This document shows positions 19,088-28,595 of a stretch of 64,000 nt of DNA, piece after piece. The translations under genes were made by a program, and so were the position numbers. Below the pieces are notes generated by a model that was not told where the DNA came from, did no database searches, and saw only the letters and a program-made list of their open reading frames with translations. Source of the stretch: an uncultured Acidobacteriota bacterium (GTDB lineage: Bacteria > Acidobacteriota > Terriglobia > Terriglobales > Acidobacteriaceae); contig CAWIMI010000008.1 of assembly GCA_963837015.1 (NCBI GenBank), forward strand, positions 3,035 through 67,034. Direction: 5' to 3'. The number at the start of each line of letters is the position of its first letter. The stretch's first letter is position 1.

Positions 19088-20173
19088 TTACGGTGCCCAG
19101 TCGGCGATGAAGATGTTGGTTTCGTGCGGCGCTTTGGCATTGCGATTCGATGCCCAGACCAGTTTCTTTCCATCCGGGCTGAACATGGGGAAGCCGTCGA
19201 AGCCTGGGCTGTAGGTAATCTGCTCCAGCTTTGTGCCGTTCACGTTAATGGTATAAAGCTCGAAGTTGCCCATCCCGCCGGTGGATCCCTGATTCGAGGA
19301 GAAGATAATTCGCAGATGCTTGCCTTTGGGGAAGAAGGCGGGAGCAAAGCTGGCAGCGCCGAGATTCGTGATACGGCGCTTGTGGTTGCCGTTCGATCCC
19401 ATGATCCAAATTTCAAGCGTGGTCGGGCGGACCAGGTTTTGGGCCAGCAATTCCTTGTAGTCGGCAATTTCCTTGTCGCCGACGGGGTGATAAGCGCGAT
19501 AGATAACCTGTTTTCCATCGGGTGAAAAGACTGCGCCGCCGTCGTATCCCAGTTCGCGGGTGAGTTGCTTTACGTGGCGGCCGTCGGCGTCCATGCTGTA
19601 GATGTCGAGGTCGCCATTGCGCATGGAAGTGAAGACGATGTGCTTGCCGTTTTTCGAGACCGTGGCCTCGGCGTCGTAACCCGGCGAGTCGGTGAGCTGC
19701 ATAAGGCCGGAGCCGTCCGGATTAGCGGCGAAAATGTCGAAGCCGGGGTAGACCGCCCACACGTATCCCTTGGAATAGTCGGGACGTGGCGGGCATTTCG
19801 CGTCCGCCAGATATGTGGAGGAATAGAGAATTGTTTTGTCGTCGGGAAAGAAGTAACCGCAAGTGGTTTTTCCCTTGCCATTCGAGACCATGCGAACATC
19901 GGAGCCGTCAATGTTCATGGTGAACATCTGGTCGCATTCGAGGTTGTCGCGAGTGGACTGGAAAATCAGCTTCTTGCCGTCGCCCGAGAAATAAGCTTCG
20001 GCGTTCTGTCCTCCAAAGGTGAGCTGGCGAACGTTGCGTAGATGTTTCTCTTGCGGCGTGGCCAGATTTTCTTGTGGAGCGGTTGGAGTCGGAGGGTTCG
20101 CGTTTTGTGCCGCAGCCGTGCAGCGCAACGCAAGTTCGACGCCAAGAGTCAGGACGACGAGCAGCTTTTTCAT
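19088..20173 (-). CDS. TolB-like periplasmic beta-propeller protein (PD40/WD40-like repeats)
   Basis: I chose the internal ATG 20173-20171, which gives the signal peptide MKKLLVVLTLGVELALRCTAAAQ. Repeated motifs FSPDGKxxxF/SxRxG are present (YFSGDGKKLIFQSTRD, VSKNGKHIVFTSMRNG, FSPDGKQVIYRAY, FSPDGKKLVWASNRN). Confidence 0.85.
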   Translation of the reverse strand: MKKLLVVLTLGVELALRCTAAAQNANPPTPTAPQENLATPQEKHLRNVRQLTFGGQNAEAYFSGDGKKLIFQSTRDNLECDQMFTMNIDGSDVRMVSNGKGKTTCGYFFPDDKTILYSSTYLADAKCPPRPDYSKGYVWAVYPGFDIFAANPDGSGLMQLTDSPGYDAEATVSKNGKHIVFTSMRNGDLDIYSMDADGRHVKQLTRELGYDGGAVFSPDGKQVIYRAYHPVGDKEIADYKELLAQNLVRPTTLEIWIMGSNGNHKRRITNLGAASFAPAFFPKGKHLRIIFSSNQGSTGGMGNFELYTINVNGTKLEQITYSPGFDGFPMFSPDGKKLVWASNRNAKAPHETNIFIADWAP

Positions 20174-20263
20174 GGGACGAATCGCTAGTTTAGCAGGATG
20201 AGAGTATCGCAGGGCGCGTTGAGGCTCGGGTAAACTTGTCTCTGATTTTTCTATGGAGGCTTC

Positions 20264-20737
20264 ATGAAATTGCTGGCTCTTGGCGCCATACTCCTCATTG
20301 CAGTTGTGATTTTTCCCAATGTGCGGTCCTCGGCTTCGCCTACCTCCGGCGCAGACACTTTGCTCCAACTCGAAGCTGACTTCATGAAGGCCGCGGCCGA
20401 ACGAGGTTCTCACGGATATATGTCCTACTACGCCGAAGACGCCGCCGAACTGCCCAATGGAGCAGATATGTTTCGGGGCAAGGAAAGCATTGCAAAGACA
20501 ATGGGCTTCCTTGACGATAAAGACAATCACTTAATCTGGACGCCGGTTTACGCTGACATGGCCGCCTCGGGCGACTTGGGTTACACTTACGGAACTTTCG
20601 AATTTCGCTCCAAGGACAAAGATGGCAAAGCCACGGTTGAGTACGGTAAGTACGTGAGCATCTGGAAGAAACAGAAAGATGGGAGTTGGAGAGTTGTGAT
20701 GGACATGGGGAATTCGTCGCCTGGCCCGAAACATTAA
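20264..20737 (+). CDS. SnoaL/NTF2-like (DUF4440-type) secreted protein
   Basis: Signal peptide MKLLALGAILLIAVVIFP, then LLQLEADFMKAAAERGSHGYMSYYAEDAAELPNG...GKYVSIWKKQKDGSWRVVMDM, a typical NTF2-fold pattern. Confidence 0.7.
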   Translation: MKLLALGAILLIAVVIFPNVRSSASPTSGADTLLQLEADFMKAAAERGSHGYMSYYAEDAAELPNGADMFRGKESIAKTMGFLDDKDNHLIWTPVYADMAASGDLGYTYGTFEFRSKDKDGKATVEYGKYVSIWKKQKDGSWRVVMDMGNSSPGPKH

Positions 20738-20789
20738 AACACGGAGGGCACGGAGAAAAGTTTGAGCGTTTCTTCTGAATCGAAGATTT

Positions 20790-22679
20790 TCATTTCCGAA
20801 AGTGTTCCAGGATCGCCTCCGCTTGAGCGCGGGTGACTACAGAGGACAGGGCCGCGGCTTCGGCTTGCTTCACCGCCTGCACGCTGCCGAAATGTTCGAG
20901 TAACCGCCGGGTGGTGCGTGCGCCCACGCCGGGAATTTCCAATAATTCTGTCGAACGATCGCGCATCTGGCGTCGTTTGCGATGAAAAGTTACGGCAAAG
21001 CGGTGGGCTTCGTCGCGAATCAGTTGCACCAGATGCAACACCGGAGAGTGATGGTCGAGCACGACCGGTTCACTCTCCTGCCCGAACACGTAAATAATTT
21101 CCTCTCGCTTGGCAATCGCGGCCAGTGGCTGATTGATGATTTCGAGCGACGAAAGCGCCTCGGCTGCGGCGTGTAGTTGGCCCAGTCCGCCATCGATCAG
21201 TACCAGGCTCGGCATTGCCTTTTTTTCTTCCTGCTGGCGTTTGTAGCGGCGCGTCACAACCTCGCGCATGGAGGCGAAGTCGTCCACGCCTTCCACGCTG
21301 CGGATGATGAACTTGCGATAATCGGATTTTTTCATGTGGCCGTCTTCCCACACGACCATCGAAGCCACGGTCTCCGCTCCCTGAATATGCGAAATATCGA
21401 AACACTCGATGCGGCGCGGCAATTCCGGCATGCCGAGCGCATCCTGCAAGGCTTCCTGAATCGCCTTCGTATTGGGCTTCATCACTCGGAAGCGCTGATC
21501 GTAGGACTGTTTGGCATTGTTGCCCGCCAGATCCAGCAGCGAACGTTTTTCTCCGCGCAGAGGAACAACAATACGGACCCGAGTGGCGCGGCCGCCCTCG
21601 GCTGTGATCTGCTCGGATAACACTTCTTCGAGTGTTTCGCGATCTTCAAATTCGACGGGGACGTAGATATTGCGCGGAACGTAAGGCTGGCCGATGTAGA
21701 GCTGCTTGAGCAGAGCCGAGAAGAAGTCGCCTGGATTAAATCCTTCCGTAGAAACATTACTTGCAATGTTTCCGGGGGAGACGTCGCTAGCTATTTCTCT
21801 ACTGGATGTTTCAAACTCTGGCAGTTGTTCCCAGAAGAATTCGCGGCGGTCCAGCACCCGTCCGCCACGCATGTGGAATAGGTTCACGGCTAGCATGTCG
21901 TTTTCGTAGTGATAGCCAAAGACGTCGGCGTCGTCGCCCTCGACGGCAGCAATGCGTTGCTTCTCCTGCAACTGCTCAACGGTAGAAATCAAATCGCGAT
22001 ACTTTGCGGCTCGTTCATACTCCTCAGCCGCGGCCGCTTTGGCCATGCGATCGCGCAATGAATGCGACAGGTCCGTCGGACGGCCTTCGAGAAACAGCTT
22101 CACGTCGCGAACCGCTTCCTGATAAGCCTCAGGCGTTGTGAGCCCTTCCACGCAGGGCCCAAGGCATCGACCGATGTAGTACTGCAGGCATGCCCGTGGA
22201 TGAAAATGTCCAAGATCGACCTTACAGGATGGAATCAGAAAATGGCGGTGAATCAGGTCCACGATGCGATAGGCAAGGTTCGCCGGAAAGTACGGACCGT
22301 AGTAAGCGCTGCCGTCTTTTCTCAGGCGCCGCGTGACATAGACGCGGGGGAAGCGTTCACCCAATGTCAGCTTCACGTAGGGATAGGTCTTGTCGTCGCG
22401 CAGCAGAATGTTAAATCGCGGCTGCTTCTGCTTGATGAGGTGATTCTCGAGCGCCAGCGCCTCTTTGTTGTTTGCGACGACGATGTAGTCGACGTCAACT
22501 GCCTCGCGCACCAGCGTGTCGGTTTTCGCATCTTCGAGACGCCCCTCGCGGAAGTAAGAACTAACCCGGCTCCGCAGGTTGTTAGCCTTGCCAACGTAAA
22601 TGACCGCGCCCTCAGCGTTCTTGTAGAGATACACGCCGGCCGAAGCGGGCAGGGTACGGATTTTCGCGGCCAGATCCAT
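20790..22679 (-). CDS. uvrC: Excinuclease ABC subunit C
   Basis: GIY-YIG N-terminus (SAGVYLYKNAEGAVIYVGKANNLRSRVSSYF), a UVR domain, an Endo V-like domain and a C-terminal (HhH)2 (LLEIPGVGARTTRRLLEHFGS). Confidence 0.95.
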   Translation of the reverse strand: MDLAAKIRTLPASAGVYLYKNAEGAVIYVGKANNLRSRVSSYFREGRLEDAKTDTLVREAVDVDYIVVANNKEALALENHLIKQKQPRFNILLRDDKTYPYVKLTLGERFPRVYVTRRLRKDGSAYYGPYFPANLAYRIVDLIHRHFLIPSCKVDLGHFHPRACLQYYIGRCLGPCVEGLTTPEAYQEAVRDVKLFLEGRPTDLSHSLRDRMAKAAAAEEYERAAKYRDLISTVEQLQEKQRIAAVEGDDADVFGYHYENDMLAVNLFHMRGGRVLDRREFFWEQLPEFETSSREIASDVSPGNIASNVSTEGFNPGDFFSALLKQLYIGQPYVPRNIYVPVEFEDRETLEEVLSEQITAEGGRATRVRIVVPLRGEKRSLLDLAGNNAKQSYDQRFRVMKPNTKAIQEALQDALGMPELPRRIECFDISHIQGAETVASMVVWEDGHMKKSDYRKFIIRSVEGVDDFASMREVVTRRYKRQQEEKKAMPSLVLIDGGLGQLHAAAEALSSLEIINQPLAAIAKREEIIYVFGQESEPVVLDHHSPVLHLVQLIRDEAHRFAVTFHRKRRQMRDRSTELLEIPGVGARTTRRLLEHFGSVQAVKQAEAAALSSVVTRAQAEAILEHFRK

Positions 22680-23336
22680 AGGTTGTGGTGTGAGTCTATT
22701 TTATTAGAGTCGCTTTAATTCTGACCGGTTCCGTGTGGAGATCAATGGCTCGTGCGCTACAAATTGTTATATGGATCGTCTACTGACAGTTCGTCCAAGA
22801 GCCGGGCGCTTGGCAGGGCTAAGAAAAGCCTGGCAACGTAAACTGTGCCTGTTGGACGCATCATGCAAACAGCAGGAAAGGGGTCAGCCAGAGAGCGGCT
22901 TCCCGCGCCCTGCTGGCCGAGTCGATGGCTCCGATTTATCCTCGCGGAAGGGCTTTTCCGACGGCCGCGCTTCTTCGCGCGGCTAGGCCTTACTCTAACG
23001 AGCATCGCCCGAATGCCCCTTTACCGTATAAAATTTCCTCAGTTCATCTCGGTTATTATTGCCAAAGGTGCAATATTTCGACTGTGTATCACCGCAAGAA
23101 ATCTCACAATCACCACTACAGCAATAACTTACAGCCGGACCTCCGTTCCGGCCCGGGTTGGCAGCGCTCGTGCTCAAGTACGGTGGGGGACGGCGGATTA
23201 GCTCAGGAATCTGGCGACCCCAGTCAAGAGGAACATCAGGTTCGAACCCCGGGAACACGCAAGGCAAGAGGAAGCAAACTCAGGATCGGCTAGATTCTAG
23301 AGTCCCGGTTGCAAGGAAAAAAGGAGCGTCTCTAAA

Positions 23337-24065
23337 ATGAATCGCACTTCGCTAACAGTTCTGCTGGCAGTGAGCATGGCAGCCTCGGTAGGCTGCGCCA
23401 GCAAGAACTATGTTCGTCAACAGACTACGCCGCTGATCAACAAAACCAATGAACTGGACGACCTCACCGCAAAGAATTCTAAGGACATCAAGGACGTAGA
23501 CGCGCGCGCCCAGGCCGGAATCCAGCAGGTACAAGCCAAGACTGCCGAAGTAGACCAGAAGGCTCAGGCAGCCGGTCAGCAGGCCGATCAGGCCCAGACG
23601 CAGGCCAGCAACGCTGTCCACCGCGTGGACACATTGCAGAATGCCGTGGCCAACCTGGACAACTACAAAGTCGTGACCGAGACCTCAGTGCACTTTGGGT
23701 TTAACAAAGACAACTTGACCCAGGATGCCAAGACCGCGCTGGATCAACTGGCGAACGATGTGTCGAGCACCAAGGGTTACATTCTCACCGTGGAAGGCGC
23801 GACTGATTCCGTAGGCGACGCCGAATACAACTACGGGCTCAGCCAGCGACGCGCCGATGCCGTGATTCAGTACCTGGCCTCGGAGCGCAACATTCCGCCG
23901 TACAAGATTTATGTAATCGGTCTGGGCAAGGACAAGCCCGTCGATTCGAACAAGACCAGGGAAGGCCGAGCCAAGAACCGACGCGTAGATGTGCGGCTCA
24001 TGACCAATACGCAGGGAACCGCTCCTGCGTCAGCGACGAACCAGCCGTCCGGGCCGTCCTTGTAG
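23337..24065 (+). CDS. OmpA-family lipoprotein with N-terminal coiled coil
   Basis: Lipobox LAVSMAASVGC, a Gln/Ala-rich coiled coil, then the OmpA_C domain (FGFNKDNLTQDAKTALDQLA...GATDSVGDAEYNYGLSQRRADAVIQYL...RAKNRRVDVRL). AAGGAG lies 8-9 nt upstream of the ATG. Confidence 0.9.
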   Translation: MNRTSLTVLLAVSMAASVGCASKNYVRQQTTPLINKTNELDDLTAKNSKDIKDVDARAQAGIQQVQAKTAEVDQKAQAAGQQADQAQTQASNAVHRVDTLQNAVANLDNYKVVTETSVHFGFNKDNLTQDAKTALDQLANDVSSTKGYILTVEGATDSVGDAEYNYGLSQRRADAVIQYLASERNIPPYKIYVIGLGKDKPVDSNKTREGRAKNRRVDVRLMTNTQGTAPASATNQPSGPSL

Positions 24066-24102
24066 ACAAGTTCACCCTCCTCCCCGGAGGACTTCGCCAA
24101 CA

Positions 24103-24138
24103 CAGGCTGCTCCATCCCCAGGAGCGGCCTGTTTTTTT
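24103..24138 (+). terminator. Rho-independent terminator after the OmpA-family gene
   Basis: CAGGCTGCTCC-atcccc-AGGAGCGGCCTG followed by TTTTTTT. Confidence 0.6.
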
Positions 24139-24208
24139 GCGTGAGAGAGCAGACCAACAACGAGACGGGATGCGGACTTTTTGCCCCGCAAAGCGTTAAA
24201 ATCTATCT

Positions 24209-24784
24209 ATGCGCAGGTTTGTTTTCGTAGTCCTCGTATCCCTGTTTCTGGGAGGCTGGGCAGTTGCACAACAGCAGTCGGATCAAGATCAAGAGCAGCC
24301 GGGTGAGAATCAGGCCCCTCCGCGATCGGCCCCGGCAACCGAAACCGGGGAGAGTTCCAGCCGAGACACCCGGGTGGACATCAGTCCCCCCAAGGACGAC
24401 GCCAAGAATCATCCCAACAGCGGCGCGGTCGAAACCAACCCGGAAGACGACCCTGGCACCGACGTGGGGGAGATGCATCCCTGGAACCCGTACCGGGCCA
24501 CGAAGGATGACGAGGTCGGCGACTTTTATTTCAAACGCAAGAGTTATAAAGCCGCCCTCGCCCGCTATCAGGATGCGCTAATCTGGAAGGAGAAAGATGC
24601 GGTCGCCAATTTTCGTATGGCGCAATGCTACGAGAAGCTGGACCAACCCGATCAGGCGATCCCACACTATGAGGAGTATCTCAAGATTTTACCCGACGGC
24701 CCCTACGCCAAAGAAGCACGCAAGGCACTGGAAAAGTTAAAGGCGGCTGAAGTGAAAAACGAGAAGGCGCAGTCCAAACCGTAA
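24209..24784 (+). CDS. Secreted TPR-repeat protein
   Basis: Signal peptide MRRFVFVVLVSLFLGGWAVAQ, an acidic low-complexity linker, then TPR-like YFKRKSYKAALARYQDALIWKEKDAVANFRMAQCYEKLDQPDQAIPHYEEYLKILPDGPYAKEARKAL. Confidence 0.8.
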   Translation: MRRFVFVVLVSLFLGGWAVAQQQSDQDQEQPGENQAPPRSAPATETGESSSRDTRVDISPPKDDAKNHPNSGAVETNPEDDPGTDVGEMHPWNPYRATKDDEVGDFYFKRKSYKAALARYQDALIWKEKDAVANFRMAQCYEKLDQPDQAIPHYEEYLKILPDGPYAKEARKALEKLKAAEVKNEKAQSKP

Positions 24785-24789
24785 CTGCG

Positions 24790-25416
24790 CTATTTCTCCA
24801 CCCGCAAGAACTCTCCCGTGGTCCCATTCACCTCGACGGTCAATTTGGCAGTGTCACGGCTGTTCCCATAAATTACGTGCCACACTAGCAAGTTGGTGGC
24901 CTTACTCCAATCGAGCACGTAGAGAACCGGAGTGTCCGAAGCCTTCTCCAGCACCTTGTCGCCCTCATGTTGCTGTGCAACTTCAAAAGCCTTGTCGGAG
25001 TCCACCTTCAGGAAGCCGGCGTCGAAAACCTGGGTCGACGAATTTGTCGGACTGTAACTGTCCTCCGTGCCCGGCGTGATTCCACGCGCGGGCGCATCCT
25101 GGGCGTCGGTCCCGGACCACACATAGGTCTTCGCGCCATGCCCGGCAGGCGACGCGAAAGAGGCGTGCCATACCGCGGACTTGCCATCTTTGCCCATGGA
25201 GTCAGCCGTGGCCTGTGATTCTAGCCGGTACGGTTGTGCATCCCGGGCCCAGCCGCGCGCCGAAACGTAAAGCTTTTGGAAAGCGTAGCGGCCAGTCTGC
25301 AACTCAGCGGCCTTCGGTTGTGGCTTCTCCGTCTGCGTGGGGGTAGAGGGTTGCGACGAGCAGCCCGACATCGTAAAGACGGCGACGGCCAGCGTCGCTA
25401 TCAGCAACTTTTTCAT
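24790..25416 (-). CDS. Hypothetical lipoprotein
   Basis: The internal ATG 25416-25414 gives MKKLLIATLAVAVFTMSGC (lipobox). No family was recognised. Confidence 0.7.
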   Translation of the reverse strand: MKKLLIATLAVAVFTMSGCSSQPSTPTQTEKPQPKAAELQTGRYAFQKLYVSARGWARDAQPYRLESQATADSMGKDGKSAVWHASFASPAGHGAKTYVWSGTDAQDAPARGITPGTEDSYSPTNSSTQVFDAGFLKVDSDKAFEVAQQHEGDKVLEKASDTPVLYVLDWSKATNLLVWHVIYGNSRDTAKLTVEVNGTTGEFLRVEK

Positions 25417-25499
25417 AGCGTCATCCCTAGAGGCGTGAAATTTTTGCAACCGTGAATGCTGGAATCGATTCTACTAGAAGCACTGTAGGAGTTTCGTCC

Positions 25500-26003
25500 A
25501 TGGATGCGTATCTACAAAGGTTACAGAAGGCCATCGCCTCTGCTACTGACGGCATGACTGCCGAAGACCTGCATCGCCATCCCGACGGCAAATGGAGCAC
25601 TGCGGAAGTGCTCGAGCACCTCTATCTCACCTATACCGGAACGACGAGAGCCTTCGAGCGCTGTCTCAAAGAAAACAAGCCGCGGGCGCGAACGCCGCTG
25701 CTAAAGGATCACTTCAGCGCATTTGTGGTCACTGGACTCGGATACATCCCCGAAGGACGGAAAGCGCCGGAGCATGCCCAACCCCGTGGGAGAGCGGTTG
25801 AGGACGTCGTACTAGAAATCGGGCCGCGCATCTCTGCCATGGACGACCTGATCAGTCAATGCGAAGTCCGCTTCGGTAAAGGTACCCGAGTGCTCGACCA
25901 TCCCTTCCTTGGACCCTTAACCGCCCGCCAGTGGCGAAAGTTTCATTGGGTGCACGGCCGCCACCACCTAAAGCAGATTCAAAAGCTCCGGCAACCAGCT
26001 TAA
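25500..26003 (+). CDS. DinB-superfamily (DUF1569-like) protein
   Basis: MDAYLQRLQKAIASATDGMTAEDLHRHPDGKWSTAEVLEHLYLTY...HPFLGPLTARQWRKFHWVHGRHHLKQI, a four-helix DinB-like pattern with conserved His residues. Confidence 0.7.
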   Translation: MDAYLQRLQKAIASATDGMTAEDLHRHPDGKWSTAEVLEHLYLTYTGTTRAFERCLKENKPRARTPLLKDHFSAFVVTGLGYIPEGRKAPEHAQPRGRAVEDVVLEIGPRISAMDDLISQCEVRFGKGTRVLDHPFLGPLTARQWRKFHWVHGRHHLKQIQKLRQPA

Positions 26004-26105
26004 GAACGGAGAACGGACGTCTAGTCCGCGATCTTCAGTAATCCGTCTGCCAGGAGAATAATCCATTCCCGCGAAACGTCCTACTGAACCCGGACCCAAA
26101 AAGAC

Positions 26106-26141
26106 GTCATCCTGAGTCCGGCGCAAGCCGGGCGAAGGATC
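26106..26141 (+). repeat. REP-like element, GTCATCCTGAG...CGAAGGATC variant
   Basis: GTCATCCTGAGTCCGGCGCAAGCCGGGCGAAGGATC, with an internal hairpin CCGGC-gcaa-GCCGG. Confidence 0.65.
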
Positions 26142-26299
26142 TAGCGCGTAGTGCCTAAACTCTATGTCGCGCGGGACAGGCTGCCGCATCCGCGAGGCAG
26201 GCGAGATCAAGAAAAACGCCACTTGTGTTCCGCGCAGTAGGCTCCACGTCCTCCACCTGAGATAATTGTCCTCGCAAAATCCCGTGAAGGAGATTCACG

Positions 26300-26966
26300 A
26301 TGTCGAAGGCAACATCGAACGTCGAGTTTGCCCACAAGATCCGCGAGCACGGCCATCACCACGCGCCGTCGTCCGGCGCGCACGCGGAATGGGTCGAGAT
26401 TCTTGAGGCAGTGTTGCCTGCGGTCGTAGCCTTCCCAACCGCCTGGAGCGGCTACCAAGCATCGCGCTGGGGGAGCCCTGTCGGCCGAGAACTATGCGAA
26501 AGCTTCGCGCACCACCGTGCTGTCGCAGGAAAAGATAACTTTGGCGGGTCAAGACCGCCTCTAACACACCGTGACCTTCAACGGCTGGGTAGCCGCGGAG
26601 GTTGCCGGTCGGCACAAGGTCGCAGATTTTTACGAGCGACGATTTCGCCCCGAATAAGCCCTCGCATTCCAGGCCGGTGGAAGCTCGATCCGGTCAAGAA
26701 CCTGTCTGCGCCGCAGGGGCCGATCTTTATGCCCGAGTACAAGAATGCCCATGCGGTGGAGGGAGCGCAGCTTGCCGAACAGGCAAGAGGCTTTTTTGAA
26801 AAAGGCGTGAGCACGCGCGACACTGGGGGACGACTACGTCAAGGTAACTGTGTTCCTAGCCACGGTGCTGTTGTTGACCGCGCTCAGCCAGCGTTTCCGG
26901 GTTCAGAGACGCCGCGTCGCAGTCGCGACCGTGGCTGTCATTCTCCTATGCATTAGCGCGAACTGA
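26300..26966 (+). pseudogene. Multiply disrupted gene for a conserved two-TM membrane protein (His-rich N-terminus)
   Basis: Frame 0 reads MSKATSNVEFAHKIREHGHHHAPSS...EILEAVLPAVVAFPTAWSGYQASRW, then loses sense. Frame +1 continues GALSAENYAKASRTTVLSQEKITLAGQDRL*HTVTFNGWVAAEVAGRHKVADFYERRFRPE*, with TAA stops at 26562-26564 and 26655-26657. Frame 0 resumes with KLDPVKNLSAPQGPIFMPEYKNAHAVEGAQLAEQARGFFEKG. Another frame ends with DDYVKVTVFLATVLLLTALSQRFRVQRRRVAVATVAVILLCISAN*. That is at least 3 frameshifts and 2 stops. Confidence 0.6.
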
Positions 26967-27061
26967 CTCCTGACCCTCCCACGCGCCTAAGATGAAGCAC
27001 GAGACCAAAGAAAAGGCCCTCGATCGGGTCGAGGGCCTGGCATCACGCATGACCGCAGGTG

Positions 27062-27673
27062 CTACTCTCGGACCGAAGAGGGAACTCCCGCCTTGCGGGC
27101 GTCTTCCTGCATGTCATCGAGTTGTTGCTTGGCTTCGTCGACGGCTTTTTTCTTCTCCGTGATTTTCTGCTTATAGTCCGCGTCTTCTTTGTCCCACGCG
27201 GCTGAATTCCGCAGACGGTTGCCGGCATCGGAGTAGAAAGCCGCTGCGCGCAGTTGATACTCGCGTTGCTCGACGTCCAGTTCACGGTTGAGCAAATCCA
27301 GTTTCGCTTTCTGGTCGGTCAGCCGGTCTTTCCACGAGTCATAGGTCTTCTGCCGCTCTTCCTTAGATTCTCCTGGTTGAATCGACGGCGGTTTGTCATC
27401 GGCCTTTTTGTCGGACTGGCTCGCGTCCGCTACGGTCTGTGACTTATCGGCATCGCTCGGCGCTCCCGCACCGCCCACGACGCTAAGCTTGTCGTCCACA
27501 GGCAGATTGTCGTTGTCAAATTGCTTTGCTGCGGCTGGTTTTTTGTCTTTGCGGACGGCGCGGGCATAGTCGCCTAACGGTTGTTGCTGGGTCGAGTCCT
27601 GGGCGCCGGCAAACATCGCCATCAGCCCAGCGAGAATCGTGGCTCCAATCCAGACATGTGTGATGCGCTTCAT
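27062..27673 (-). CDS. Secreted coiled-coil hypothetical protein
   Basis: Signal peptide MKRITHVWIGATILAGLMAMFAGAQ, a low-complexity Asp/Lys region, then a helical C-terminus. Confidence 0.65.
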   Translation of the reverse strand: MKRITHVWIGATILAGLMAMFAGAQDSTQQQPLGDYARAVRKDKKPAAAKQFDNDNLPVDDKLSVVGGAGAPSDADKSQTVADASQSDKKADDKPPSIQPGESKEERQKTYDSWKDRLTDQKAKLDLLNRELDVEQREYQLRAAAFYSDAGNRLRNSAAWDKEDADYKQKITEKKKAVDEAKQQLDDMQEDARKAGVPSSVRE

Positions 27674-27734
27674 AGTTGCTTCATCCTCCATGCCGCGGCC
27701 TTTTGATCATCAAGGGCCTCGGCGTTGATTAAAT

Positions 27735-28595
27735 TCAAGCTCCGGCGGCCTTCGCAGCTTTTGCGCCCGCGAGAAAACCGCCAATCGTGTGATCGAGATC
27801 GGCTGCTTCGGAAACGATGTCGACGGCTAACTGCCGCACTTGTCCAGGATCGCGGCTCACCGCTAGTTGCTGCGCATAGCTCGAAATGGTCGCCAGCGAA
27901 GTCCGCAACGCCAAAGCCTTCTCGGCCGACATCTCTCCGCGCAACTCCTGCAGTCGTTGAATCAAAGCAAACTCAGTCTTGTCGGTGATTAGGCAAGCGG
28001 CGCCCAAAGTCTCGCCCGACGGCGCGTACACCGGCGAAATCGTGATCTCGAGAATGCGTTGCTCGCCCGACGGCGTCACGTACTCCGCCTCGACCCTTTG
28101 CGACGCGCCTTGTCTCCGCAGACTCGCTTCGACTACCGTTGCCAGTGATTCCTTGGCGCCCAAAGGCGAACTCGTCCTCGCTTCCCGAAATATCTCGCTG
28201 ACACTCATCCCCGCGGGTGATGCGAATCCGAGAATGCTCTTGGCCGCGGCGTTCGCTGTGCGGACCAATCCGCTGGTTGTCAGGAACAGCACTCCACTCG
28301 AGAGGTTCGAAAGCACAGCCGCACTGATGTTTTCCGAAGTCTTGGCCCGGCGCCGCTCCACCTGTTGCACGGTCAGCAACTCATGCTTCTGCTGCTTCAG
28401 TTGTTGAATCACAGCGTTATACGTGTGCATGGGGAACTTTTCCTCGAGTTCCGGAACAGAGTCAACCGCAAAAGACTCTTCCGTGAGGATGCGACGCATG
28501 CGCCGCAGCAGCGCCGTCGCCAACCAAAAGGCAAAGCCAGTGACAAACAGCAAGACCGCCATGCGAAGCATAATGGGGTTGCTGAGCAGCTTCAT
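27735..28595 (-). CDS. Membrane-anchored PAS-domain sensor with a degenerate HisKA-like helix and no ATPase domain
   Basis: TM segment (IMLRMAVLLFVTGFAFWLATALL), a PAS-like core (AAVLSNLSSGVLFLTTSGLVRTANAAAKSILGF...ILEITISPVYAPSGETLGAACLITDKTE), then LRGEMSAEKALALRTSLATISSYAQQL. That last stretch resembles a HisKA H-box but has no His. ATG 28595 overlaps the pilD stop as ATGA. Confidence 0.75.
   Translation of the reverse strand: MKLLSNPIMLRMAVLLFVTGFAFWLATALLRRMRRILTEESFAVDSVPELEEKFPMHTYNAVIQQLKQQKHELLTVQQVERRRAKTSENISAAVLSNLSSGVLFLTTSGLVRTANAAAKSILGFASPAGMSVSEIFREARTSSPLGAKESLATVVEASLRRQGASQRVEAEYVTPSGEQRILEITISPVYAPSGETLGAACLITDKTEFALIQRLQELRGEMSAEKALALRTSLATISSYAQQLAVSRDPGQVRQLAVDIVSEAADLDHTIGGFLAGAKAAKAAGA

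Noticed and set aside
23184-23262. tRNA- or tmRNA-like fragments (GGGGGACGGCGGATTAGCTCAGG... and ...CAGGTTCGAACCCCGGG).
   Set aside because: TAGCTCAG and GGTTCGAACC resemble D-loop and T-loop motifs. However, I could not fold an acceptor stem, anticodon arm or proper 5-bp T stem. There is no CCA or discriminator context and no tmRNA 5' GGGG...TTCGAC or tag reading frame.
23240-23300. Possible c-di-GMP-I riboswitch fragment (ACGCAAGGC, GCAAAC) in the OmpA-gene leader.
   Set aside because: There is similarity to two short conserved strings only. I could not build the paired P1/P2 hairpins with a GNRA loop and receptor, so it is reported only as part of the unexplained long intergenic region.
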